A stretch of DNA of 64,000 nt, from the NCBI GenBank assembly GCA_964355885.1, contig CAYHFJ010000002.1:499-64498 (forward strand), read 5' to 3'. Below, piece after piece: positions 9,238-17,688 of this stretch. This DNA is from an uncultured Flavobacteriales bacterium. GTDB taxonomy: Bacteria > Bacteroidota > Bacteroidia > AKYH767-A > 2013-40CM-41-45. The notes under the pieces were generated by a model. It ran no database searches and was not told where the DNA came from. It worked only from the letters and a program-made list of their open reading frames with translations. The translations under genes were made by a program, and so were the position numbers. Each line of letters begins with the position of its first letter. Position 1 is the first letter of the stretch.

Positions 9238-9807
9238 TTAACGGGAAGCCTTTAATGCTTCATAGCTCATTTCAACTGATATTTTTACCTCTTTATTTAA
9301 TTTGTCTTTCACAATTGCCCGAACTTGTATGTTGAAATCTCTAAGCTGAACCACAAATTCTGATTTTGCTGATGTTATGGTTTTGTCTTTTACCGTCAGG
9401 ATGCCCTGAGCTTCAACATCCTTAGTTACTCCATGGAGGGTCAATTTTCCTTTTACACTTACCGGATAATTTCCGTCCTTGCCCAGATTCACTTCATTCA
9501 TGTTTATGATCTGACCTTTGAAATCTGACTTGGGAAATTTATCGGACTCGACATAGTTTTCATTGAAATGTTCTTGCATCAGTGCTTTCTCGAATAGAAA
9601 AGCTTTCATGAGTACCCTAAACTGTATGTCTCCGGTTTCAAGATCAATCATACTGTAAGCTTTTTCATTATAAGCAACAATTGTTTCAGGAGATGATGGA
9701 GTGGTGGCATCAAATTTCACTTTGCCATTTTTTGTATATACTTTAGTCTTCCCGAATACAAGACCGGTGCTGATAGTCAATGCCAAAAGGAAGATTATTT
9801 TTTTCAT
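9238..9807 (-). CDS. YceI family periplasmic (polyisoprenoid-binding-like) protein
   Basis: Signal peptide followed by a beta-rich protein containing KVKFDATTP...; LTLHGVTKDV is the conserved YceI-type strand. Confidence 0.8.
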   Translation of the reverse strand: MKKIIFLLALTISTGLVFGKTKVYTKNGKVKFDATTPSSPETIVAYNEKAYSMIDLETGDIQFRVLMKAFLFEKALMQEHFNENYVESDKFPKSDFKGQIINMNEVNLGKDGNYPVSVKGKLTLHGVTKDVEAQGILTVKDKTITSAKSEFVVQLRDFNIQVRAIVKDKLNKEVKISVEMSYEALKASR

Positions 9808-9913
9808 GATTTCTTATTTATGTTTTTTCAGACTTTATAATTTTACCTGTTTCAGTTATTTTCAATGATCCTGTTCCTGCTGTTGTTTCTAAGGGTATCA
9901 CTTTTGTTTATAT

Positions 9914-10327
9914 TTATTTGACGATTACGCAGTCCACAAGCACAACGTCAACTAGAATTCCTGTGCATATTCCTTTAATGGTAACGGTTTCACCAGGGTT
10001 TAATTTTATTGACGCTGATAGTTTATTTTTTTCAAACTGGCAACCTACTCCTGCCAGATCCACACCTCTCAGGGTGACATATAAAATTCCTTTTTCATCA
10101 GTATTAGTTGCGTCAATTATACCAGTGACTTCAATTATCTTGCCGAGATATAATTTGTTTGATTTTGCTTCATCAGCCTCAAATTCTGTTACCAGTGAAG
10201 CTGCAGCCAGCACCGCGGCAGGTTTATCATCCATTATGCTCTGACGTGGTTTATTGAAAAGATATACTCCGCCTGCGACTCCACCAAGAATGAGAATCAG
10301 TAATGCGAACACAATTTTTCCTTTCAT
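9914..10327 (-). CDS. Membrane-anchored OB-fold protein (tRNA_anti-like family)
   Basis: N-terminal TM anchor, then LVTEFEADEAKSNKLYLGKIIEVTGII...VTLRG...CQF...VTIKGICTG. This pattern is typical of the Bacteroidota tRNA_anti-like OB-fold family. The function is unknown. Confidence 0.5.
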   Translation of the reverse strand: MKGKIVFALLILILGGVAGGVYLFNKPRQSIMDDKPAAVLAAASLVTEFEADEAKSNKLYLGKIIEVTGIIDATNTDEKGILYVTLRGVDLAGVGCQFEKNKLSASIKLNPGETVTIKGICTGILVDVVLVDCVIVK

Positions 10328-10367
10328 GACAATTATATTTTCTTAATGGAATGGACTCATTGGTTTT

Positions 10368-11645
10368 TTAGGTACTCTTAACTATTATACCTTGTCTGTG
10401 TAGTTCCTGCCTGATTTTAATTGTCGCACCGGCATTTTTCTGCACGTATTCTCTGGCAGCATTTCCTGCACCATTTATAAATGTAACTTGCTTTAACAAT
10501 GTGTCTATTATCAGTGCTAACTCATCTTCGGTATTAACGGTAAAAGCGGCACCTGCCTGAATCAGGCCAATTGCCTCCCGGAATTTTTTAAATTTAGGGC
10601 CAAAAAGTACCGGAATGCCATAAGCGGCAGGTTCAAGTGTGTTGTGTATACCTTTACCAAAACCTCCGCCTACATAGGCGATCGAGCCGTATGAATATAC
10701 AGATGAAAGTTGTCCCATAGTATCAAGAATTAGTATGCGGCAGTTTTTTACTTTTTCAGAGTTGGTTCCGGAATAAAGTTGAACTTCTGATTCTTTAAGG
10801 TTCGCAGAGGCAGAAATCAATAAGTGCTGTATCCTTTGGGTGCTAATATCGTGCGGTGCGATGAGGAACTTAATATTCGGGGAATCCAGACGATGAAAAA
10901 CTCTTTGTAGGAGGACTTCATCCGCGGGCCAGGTGCTGCCACAGACAAGTAATTTCGCGTTTCCTTTAAACGCATCAAGTACAGGAAGAATCGATTTAGT
11001 TTCTGATTTTTGAATTACCCGGTCAAATCGCGTATCTCCGGAAATTGTATAATTACTGATTCCTATATTTTGTAAAAGCGCTGCCGATGTTTCGTCTTGA
11101 ATAAAAAAATGAGTGATAGTTCTAAGCATGTTTCTAAAGAACTTACCATACCATGAAAAGAAATGTTGATTTTTTCTGAATATACCTGAAACAATGTATA
11201 CCGGAATATTTTGTTGCTTCAGTACTTTGAGGTAATGATACCAGTAATCATATTTCACAAAAAAAACTACATCAGGGTTGATGTGTTTGACAAATTGTTC
11301 CGCGTTTTTCTTCCCGTCTAATGGAAGGTAAAGCACATGGTCAGCATTCGAATAACTTTTTCTCACTTCATAGCCGGAGGGGGAGAAGAATGTAAGAATG
11401 ATGTTTGCCTCCGGTTCGTCAGCTCGAATTGATTCTAAGAGTGATCGACCTTGTTCAAATTCGCCGAGTGAAGCGCAATGGAACCAATATGTTTTTCCGT
11501 TTTTTTTTATCAGATCCCTTGTATTTTCTACCCAATTTTTTCTCCCTTTTATCCATGAAAAGGCTTTTTTATTACCAGCAACTGATGCAAGCTGAATGCT
11601 AATTTTATAGAGGAAGATACCGGAATTATATAAGAATACCATCAC
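10368..11645 (-). CDS. waaA: 3-deoxy-D-manno-octulosonic acid (Kdo) transferase
   Basis: 425 aa with WFHCASLGEFEQGRSLLESI near the N-terminus and a C-terminal GT-B domain (GGGFGKGIHNTLEPAAYGIPVLFGP). Confidence 0.9.
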   Translation of the reverse strand: MMVFLYNSGIFLYKISIQLASVAGNKKAFSWIKGRKNWVENTRDLIKKNGKTYWFHCASLGEFEQGRSLLESIRADEPEANIILTFFSPSGYEVRKSYSNADHVLYLPLDGKKNAEQFVKHINPDVVFFVKYDYWYHYLKVLKQQNIPVYIVSGIFRKNQHFFSWYGKFFRNMLRTITHFFIQDETSAALLQNIGISNYTISGDTRFDRVIQKSETKSILPVLDAFKGNAKLLVCGSTWPADEVLLQRVFHRLDSPNIKFLIAPHDISTQRIQHLLISASANLKESEVQLYSGTNSEKVKNCRILILDTMGQLSSVYSYGSIAYVGGGFGKGIHNTLEPAAYGIPVLFGPKFKKFREAIGLIQAGAAFTVNTEDELALIIDTLLKQVTFINGAGNAAREYVQKNAGATIKIRQELHRQGIIVKST

Positions 11646-11655
11646 TGGTTCGTGT

Positions 11656-12423
11656 TCAGTTATAATAGAATTCCTTCGGTACTCGTTTGTAAATTGGAAT
11701 AACCCAGCCTATACGGATTCCGACGAGGAGGTCATTGCGTTTTTTTGTGTCTTGCTCCCTGGTGTCAAAATTAAAAGATCTGCGGTTCTGTGTGACAGCT
11801 TTTGTTAATTCTACACCTGCATAGAAATTTACAAATCTGTTGTTACCGAAATTCATGTAGCCTGCGAAAGCGGTAAAGCTAAGTCCGTTACTGAGTCGAT
11901 CATAGCCTTTCTTATAATCTTCTTCAATAGAGGGGATAGAACTTCCTTGATTTTCGATCCGAATTTTATGTTGCAAAAGTCCCGTACCTATAGTCGTCAA
12001 TAAACCTGAATTTTTATTGGGTCCGAAGAGGGGAAATACTTTTCCGAGTTTCAGTTCAAATTTGAAACCGCGTTCATATAGGATTACATCAGCAAATTCG
12101 CCCTGTGCAGAAATGATTCCTCCCTGATCCGTACTTAAGGAATTGAGTATATTGTTTTCCTTAACTGTATTGCCAAATAGGAATTGCCCGTCTAATCCAA
12201 TGACAATATTTTTTTTGGACTTCCATTGAAACACACCGCCAACATTAAAGTTGTTGCCGAACCTGTCATCGAGATCTCCTTCGGGTGTTTGCCAGGCTCC
12301 CGTTGCTCCAATCATCATGAACGAAATAACAGAGTCCTTTATATTTTGCTGAGACAATGCCGGGAACGGAAAGTAAAGGAGGAGGAGACTAAGAAAAATT
12401 TTATTCATCATCTTATTTAGCAT
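11656..12423 (-). CDS. Hypothetical outer-membrane beta-barrel protein
   Basis: Signal peptide, alternating hydrophobic beta-strand pattern, and a Gly/aromatic-rich sequence. It starts 10 nt downstream of waaA on the same strand. I recognised no family. Confidence 0.45.
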   Translation of the reverse strand: MLNKMMNKIFLSLLLLYFPFPALSQQNIKDSVISFMMIGATGAWQTPEGDLDDRFGNNFNVGGVFQWKSKKNIVIGLDGQFLFGNTVKENNILNSLSTDQGGIISAQGEFADVILYERGFKFELKLGKVFPLFGPNKNSGLLTTIGTGLLQHKIRIENQGSSIPSIEEDYKKGYDRLSNGLSFTAFAGYMNFGNNRFVNFYAGVELTKAVTQNRRSFNFDTREQDTKKRNDLLVGIRIGWVIPIYKRVPKEFYYN

Positions 12424-12534
12424 AATTTATCAAGGCATTTGCGACTTCTTCAAGGTTTGATTTTGGTATTTTAAAAATTATTTTTTGGGTAACATTACTT
12501 GGAGTATTCAGCTAAAACAATGAATTATTGTGTT

Positions 12535-13032
12535 TTATGAAGTTTTAACTTTTAAATCTTCAGCAGTAAACTGATAGGGTAAAAATTCCTTGATAGTATC
12601 AGCTACCAGCACTTTACCTACCTCGCCAACCAGAATCAGACGAATTTGTCCATGATACCGATGTTCGTATTCTGCAATTGCCTGACGACAAGCCCCACAG
12701 GGAGTAATGGGTTTGTCGATAAGAAATTGATCAGAGAGTGCAGTAACTGCGATAGCCCGGATTTTTACTCCCGGGTAATTAGCACCGGCGGCAAAAATAG
12801 CAACTCTTTCCGCACACATACCAATTGGATAACTGGCGTTTTCCTGGTTGTTTCCCCGCATGATTACGCCATTTTCAAGGGAAACAGCAGCTCCAACCTG
12901 AAAACGGGAATAAGGAGCGTAAGCTTTACTTACGCTTTGGCGCGCTGCAAGAACCAGATTCTGATCTTCTTCTGAGAGTTCCTTTACGTCAGTGTATTCA
13001 GTAAATACAGAGGTGATTTCAACTTTTTTCAT
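12535..13032 (-). CDS. cdd: Cytidine deaminase
   Basis: Zinc motifs CAERVAIF and PCGACRQ. I chose the MKKVEITS Met (13032) as the start rather than the tracked upstream Met at 13074. Confidence 0.9.
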   Translation of the reverse strand: MKKVEITSVFTEYTDVKELSEEDQNLVLAARQSVSKAYAPYSRFQVGAAVSLENGVIMRGNNQENASYPIGMCAERVAIFAAGANYPGVKIRAIAVTALSDQFLIDKPITPCGACRQAIAEYEHRYHGQIRLILVGEVGKVLVADTIKEFLPYQFTAEDLKVKTS

Positions 13033-13419
13033 AATATGATTGTGCCTCAAGGTACATATATTATACAATTTCAAATTAAATTCATCGTTTTGAATTTTGC
13101 CAGCCTAAATGGAAGCTTTCATCGAAGAGAGGCAGAGGATTTGACAGAAGTCTTTTCTACGGTTCAATATTAGATTAAAGGATTGATTTTGAATCAGAAA
13201 ATTCGAGTCTGAAGGAATTGTTTATTGTGACAAAGACTTTGTTTGGCTCAATAATTGATTTCGGCACGTCTTGTCTTCGTTAAAATGTTAGAAAATTGAT
13301 CAGAAATGTACAACTATTTAAGTCAAATTCCCGTAACAGATTAGTTCATTAATCTTAAAGACGAATAAGGAGGGGAAAATATTTCCATCTTTGCACAATT
13401 AATACAGCAGACCAAAAAA

Positions 13420-13866
13420 ATGAAAAAAACAAGCAAGCTTTTTTACCTCATCTTTACTCTTATCGTGATTGCCGGTGTTTCTTCCTGTAAGAAAGAAGCT
13501 GGTGAAGGCGGAACTTCAACAATTACGGGAAAGGTTACGGTTTTTAATTATGATAATAATAATTTCAACTGTTGTCCGGAAAAATTTCCGGCTGTAGATC
13601 AGGATGTATTCATCATTTATGGATCCGATGGAGGTTACTATGATAATGATGTTAAGACAAGCTTTGACGGTTCTTATGAATTCAAAAATTTACAGAAAGG
13701 GAAATACCGGATTTTTGCGTATTCTGAAGATTCAACCGGAGCTTATAACGGGACGGCGGGTACAATATTCCGTCCGGATGTTCCCGTTTTTGTAGATGTT
13801 GAAATCACAGGAAAGAATCAGACAAAAGTGGGTCCGGAGATTTTTATTTTAACGACAAAATTTTAA
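13420..13866 (+). CDS. Lipoprotein with a carboxypeptidase-regulatory-like (transthyretin-like) beta-sandwich domain
   Basis: Lipobox (IAGVSSC). ITGKVTV...DVFIIYG...SFDGSYEFKNLQKGKYRIFAY matches the CarboxypepD_reg-like pattern. It is the first gene of a five-gene operon. Confidence 0.6.
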   Translation: MKKTSKLFYLIFTLIVIAGVSSCKKEAGEGGTSTITGKVTVFNYDNNNFNCCPEKFPAVDQDVFIIYGSDGGYYDNDVKTSFDGSYEFKNLQKGKYRIFAYSEDSTGAYNGTAGTIFRPDVPVFVDVEITGKNQTKVGPEIFILTTKF

Positions 13867-13867
13867 A

Positions 13868-14440
13868 ATGATAAAAATAAGTAGAATAATTTTAGTCCTT
13901 TTGATTGCATGCACTGGAACACATTCTTTTGCTCAGAGTAAAAAGGATATCAAGAAGAATAAAATCAAATCAGTTAAAGTTACGATGACAACTGTTAAGA
14001 GCGGGGCGGAAGTGACTATTCCTGAATCTGTCGAGCGTTACGATGCCAATTCTAATTTACTGGAGGTTATTGACTATGACAAGGAAGGAAAGGTAAAATT
14101 GCATGAGAGCTACACGTTGAATAAAGGTGGTGATGTGATTGAACAAATCAATTATACGGAAGACGGGAAGGTGAATAAAAAGATTGTCACAAAATATAAT
14201 GCTCTGGGGGACAAAACAGAAGAAACCAGGTATGATGCAAATGGCGTATTATTAAATAAAGAGGTATACACTTATAATGCACAGGGTGAACGTACCACCG
14301 AGATCACGTTTGATGCTAAAAAGAATGTGATTAAAAAAGAGTTTCTGCTTTATGATAAGAAAGGGATGAAAATTGAGCATCGTATAACGGATGCCAATGG
14401 AACAGTTATTGAAATTAAAAAATATATTTACGAATACTAA
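13868..14440 (+). CDS. Secreted small protein made of about nine YD-like (Rhs-type) beta-hairpin repeats
   Basis: Signal peptide (cleavage near FAQS), then units of about 12-20 aa: ERYDANSNLL, IDYDKEGKV, INYTEDGKV, TKYNALGDK, TRYDANGVL, YTYNAQGER, ITFDAKKNV, LLYDKKGMK, ITDANGTVI. Confidence 0.55.
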   Translation: MIKISRIILVLLIACTGTHSFAQSKKDIKKNKIKSVKVTMTTVKSGAEVTIPESVERYDANSNLLEVIDYDKEGKVKLHESYTLNKGGDVIEQINYTEDGKVNKKIVTKYNALGDKTEETRYDANGVLLNKEVYTYNAQGERTTEITFDAKKNVIKKEFLLYDKKGMKIEHRITDANGTVIEIKKYIYEY

Positions 14441-15202
14441 GTGGAACTAAACAAACTAACTTCTTTACTGAAAGAATTTGATCCAATATCTTTGAAAGAA
14501 ATGGATAGTGTTAAACTGCAAGACAGGATTGACACTAAGTTCATGTTCAAGGATACGGTAATGCCTGATCTTTTCAGAAAGATGGAACCACACTACCGAG
14601 TGCTATCGATTGAAAATCAACGATTCAACCATTATGAGACTTTATATTTCGATACAGATAATTTCGGATTATACATTCGGCACCACAATGGAAAACTGAA
14701 CAGGTATAAGTTTAGATCCAGAAGATATGTTGAATCCGACTTGAATTTCTTTGAGGTAAAGTTCAAAAACAATAAAGGTCGTACTATCAAAGACAGGATT
14801 AAAAGACCTGAAATCGTTAAAATTATTGCGGACAAGTCCGGCGATCTGGTACGAAGCATATCAAATATTGATCCCGATAGTCTGAAACCAAAACTCTGGG
14901 TGAATTATGTACGTATTACATTTGTGAGCAAAGGTTCGCAGGAACGATTGACAGTAGATACAATACTAACATTCAAGGATGAGGAACAGGAAATCGAATA
15001 CAAAGGTCTTGTGATCGCAGAAGTTAAACGATCAAGCAGCAGGGATAAAAGTCAGTTTGTTGAATTGATGAAATCATTTTCCATTGCTCAAAAATCTATC
15101 AGTAAATATTGTCTGGGAGTAGTCACACTGCACCCAGAATTAAAGAAGAATACTTTTAAACCAACTCTGTTATATTTGAACAAACTTCTACAAGCATCAT
15201 GA
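14441..15202 (+). CDS. VTC domain protein (polyphosphate polymerase-type triphosphate tunnel fold)
   Basis: 253 aa with no signal peptide or TM helix. Alternating charged beta-strand motifs are typical of tunnel enzymes: RIDTKFMF, ETLYFDT, NRYKFRSRRY, FFEVKFKN, VIAEVKRS. The GTG start abuts the preceding stop. The family assignment is from memory of bacterial VTC-domain proteins. Confidence 0.65.
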   Translation: MELNKLTSLLKEFDPISLKEMDSVKLQDRIDTKFMFKDTVMPDLFRKMEPHYRVLSIENQRFNHYETLYFDTDNFGLYIRHHNGKLNRYKFRSRRYVESDLNFFEVKFKNNKGRTIKDRIKRPEIVKIIADKSGDLVRSISNIDPDSLKPKLWVNYVRITFVSKGSQERLTVDTILTFKDEEQEIEYKGLVIAEVKRSSSRDKSQFVELMKSFSIAQKSISKYCLGVVTLHPELKKNTFKPTLLYLNKLLQAS

Positions 15203-15870
15203 ACGACTTTGCATCATTCGAATTATTTGACAAATTATCTGATAAATTTTTCTGGCGCCTGCTGATTGACATCCTTTCGATGTTGGTTATCGTTCGGCTC
15301 ATTTATTTCAGGATCTATAAAAAGAAAGATTATCTTTTTACTTTCTTCCTGTTCAACATCATCATTTTCATTATTACATACCTTTTGAATAAGGTTGACA
15401 TGTCAATGGGTGCTGCCTTTGGACTCTTCGCCGTTTTCTCCATGTTAAGATACAGGACAGAAGGAATAAGTACCAAGGACATGACCTACCTGTTTATTGT
15501 AATTGCAATGGGTCTGATTTGTGCGGTAAGTAAGGCTACTTATTTTGAGCTGGTGGTAATTAATCTGATCCTGATCATATTCACGTACACACTGGATGGA
15601 AACTGGCTGGTCAGGAATGAAATGGTAAAGTCAATACTTTATGAAAATATAGAAATGATTCGTCCTGAGAATTATACCGCATTGATGGAGGATCTCAGAA
15701 AGCGCACCGGTCTCGACATTCATAAAGTGAGTGTCAATAAGATTGACTTTCTAAAAGATGTAGCGTCTGTGAAAGTTTACTATTATGAAGACACTAAAAC
15801 GAAATCTGCCGTTAAGATAGAAGGTGATCAGCCTCATGAAAACTGGTCAGATGGAAATGATAGGGGTTAA
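15199..15870 (+). CDS. DUF4956-like polytopic membrane protein with a C-terminal soluble domain
   Basis: Five hydrophobic helices within aa 15-140 (including GLFAVFSMLRYRTEG), then a charged tail of about 85 aa. There is an ATGA overlap with the VTC gene. VTC and DUF4956 genes are commonly paired in bacteria (from memory). Confidence 0.6.
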   Translation: MNDFASFELFDKLSDKFFWRLLIDILSMLVIVRLIYFRIYKKKDYLFTFFLFNIIIFIITYLLNKVDMSMGAAFGLFAVFSMLRYRTEGISTKDMTYLFIVIAMGLICAVSKATYFELVVINLILIIFTYTLDGNWLVRNEMVKSILYENIEMIRPENYTALMEDLRKRTGLDIHKVSVNKIDFLKDVASVKVYYYEDTKTKSAVKIEGDQPHENWSDGNDRG

Positions 15871-15888
15871 TTTTTATTTCCTGTTGAA

Positions 15889-16569
15889 TTGAAACGTCTT
15901 TTCCGACTTAGCATATTATTATCCTGTTTTTTCGCACTCTCCATCCTGTCAGTATGGGGACAGCAGAAAGACGCTGGATTATGGGCCAGTGTAACCTTGA
16001 AGCATCAGGTCACAAGAAGGATCGCTGTTACCGTGAGTGAGCAGTTGCGTTTGTACCAGAATGTTTCCGAGGTAGAACAATTTTTTACTGATGCCGGGGT
16101 AGAGTATGAGTTTATCCCTTCGCTTAAGGTGGCAGTTAGCTATCGGCTCACTTCCAAAAATCAGTTCACTTATTACGACACACGTCATCGATTCTACGTT
16201 GATCTTTCCTATAAGAAGAAGTTAAAACCTTTAACCATTATTCTTCGCCAACGAATTCAGAGTCAGGTAGAGAGCATTCGTTCAAGTGAAAACGGGAAAA
16301 TACCGGAGTGGTATTCACGTACTAAATTAACAGTTAAGTTTGATCTCGACAAAAAATATACTCCATATTTGGCCTCAGAATTTTATTACGTAATTGATAA
16401 TCTTAAGGAGGAAGATCACGTGTTTGACAAAGCAAGGTATGAAGTTGGAGTTGATTATGATTTTAACAAACGAAATAGCTTGAATCTTTTTTATTTAGTT
16501 CAATTTGATATCCTTGAAAATAAAACCAGAGATTTTGTGTCAGGGATCGGTTATACTTTCTCATTCTGA
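15889..16569 (+). CDS. DUF2490-like predicted outer-membrane beta-barrel protein
   Basis: TTG start, signal peptide (ILSVWGQQ), amphipathic beta-strand periodicity throughout, and a C-terminal aromatic end (GIGYTFSF). The family call is from memory only. Confidence 0.5.
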   Translation: MKRLFRLSILLSCFFALSILSVWGQQKDAGLWASVTLKHQVTRRIAVTVSEQLRLYQNVSEVEQFFTDAGVEYEFIPSLKVAVSYRLTSKNQFTYYDTRHRFYVDLSYKKKLKPLTIILRQRIQSQVESIRSSENGKIPEWYSRTKLTVKFDLDKKYTPYLASEFYYVIDNLKEEDHVFDKARYEVGVDYDFNKRNSLNLFYLVQFDILENKTRDFVSGIGYTFSF

Positions 16570-16619
16570 TTTTTATTTTGCACATTGTTTAAGGGAGCAA
16601 GCCATAGTGACATTTTTGT

Positions 16620-17585
16620 CTACCAACGTGCATCATTGAGAAGATAATTGGACACATAGTCTTTTACACCCTCTTCCAGTGTGTAAAAATCCTTAGTAAA
16701 ACCTATGCCGCGAATCTTACTCATATCTGCTTCAGTAAAGTATTGATATTTTTCTCTGATATCTTCCGGCGTGTCAATAAAACTAATCCTTTGAGGGAGT
16801 CCCAATGCTGAAAATGTGTTCTGCACCAGAGAAAGAAAGGTTCTTGCTTTACCTGATCCAAGATTGTAAAGACCTGAATCTTTTCGGTGATGTAAGAAGA
16901 AGTAACATATTTCAACTACATCTTTTACATAAACGAAATCCCTTAACTGCTCCCCGTCATTAAAATCAGGTCGGTGAGAACGAAAAAGTTTCATTTCTCC
17001 GTTTTGTTTGATCTGATTAAAAGCATGAAATATTACAGAAGCCATACGTCCCTTGTGATATTCATTAGGACCATATACATTGAAGAATTTAAGACCTGCC
17101 CAGAAGTATGGCTTTTTTGCTCGTTTGAGTGCCCATTTGTCAAAGTCGTTTTTTGATTCTCCGTATGGATTCAAAGGAACCAACTTCTCTACAATAGTAT
17201 GATCATCTTTGTATCCGTGCTCACCTGCGCCATAGGTAGCTGCGGAAGATGCATATACCAAAGGGAGTCCAAATTCAACACAAAGATTCCATATATCTTT
17301 TGAGTAGTTAAGGTTGAGTTCATCGAAAACTGATTTATTAAATTCTGTTGTGTCTGTCCTGGCACCAATATGAAAAATGAATTGCACAAATCGCTGGTTC
17401 TCTCTCAGCCAGGTATGAAATATTTTTCTTTCGACTCTAGTTGTAAATTTTTTATCAATAAGATTCGGTTCTTTCTGAGGAATGGAAAAGTCATCCACTA
17501 ATATCAGGTCATTGAATCCTTCGTCATTCAGTTTCCTCACCAAACAACTTCCTATAAATCCTGCCGCACCTGTGACAACTATCAT
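16620..17585 (-). CDS. hldD: ADP-L-glycero-D-manno-heptose 6-epimerase
   Basis: MIVVTGAAGFIGSCLVRKLN Rossmann start and the YGESK catalytic motif. Length (321 aa) and overall sequence fit HldD/RfaD. Confidence 0.85.
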   Translation of the reverse strand: MIVVTGAAGFIGSCLVRKLNDEGFNDLILVDDFSIPQKEPNLIDKKFTTRVERKIFHTWLRENQRFVQFIFHIGARTDTTEFNKSVFDELNLNYSKDIWNLCVEFGLPLVYASSAATYGAGEHGYKDDHTIVEKLVPLNPYGESKNDFDKWALKRAKKPYFWAGLKFFNVYGPNEYHKGRMASVIFHAFNQIKQNGEMKLFRSHRPDFNDGEQLRDFVYVKDVVEICYFFLHHRKDSGLYNLGSGKARTFLSLVQNTFSALGLPQRISFIDTPEDIREKYQYFTEADMSKIRGIGFTKDFYTLEEGVKDYVSNYLLNDARW

Positions 17586-17688
17586 AATTTGGGTAAATTG
17601 ATTTTTAATTTAATGCAAAGGAAACGGAAAACATTGGCTTGAGCAAAAGACAGTGAGCAAAAAAGAGTAGTAAATTGAATTCGATATG

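Noticed and set aside
13604-13795. A 63-aa plus-strand ORF nested in another frame of the lipoprotein gene.
   Set aside because: It is entirely nested within a longer ORF that has a lipobox and a recognisable domain pattern.
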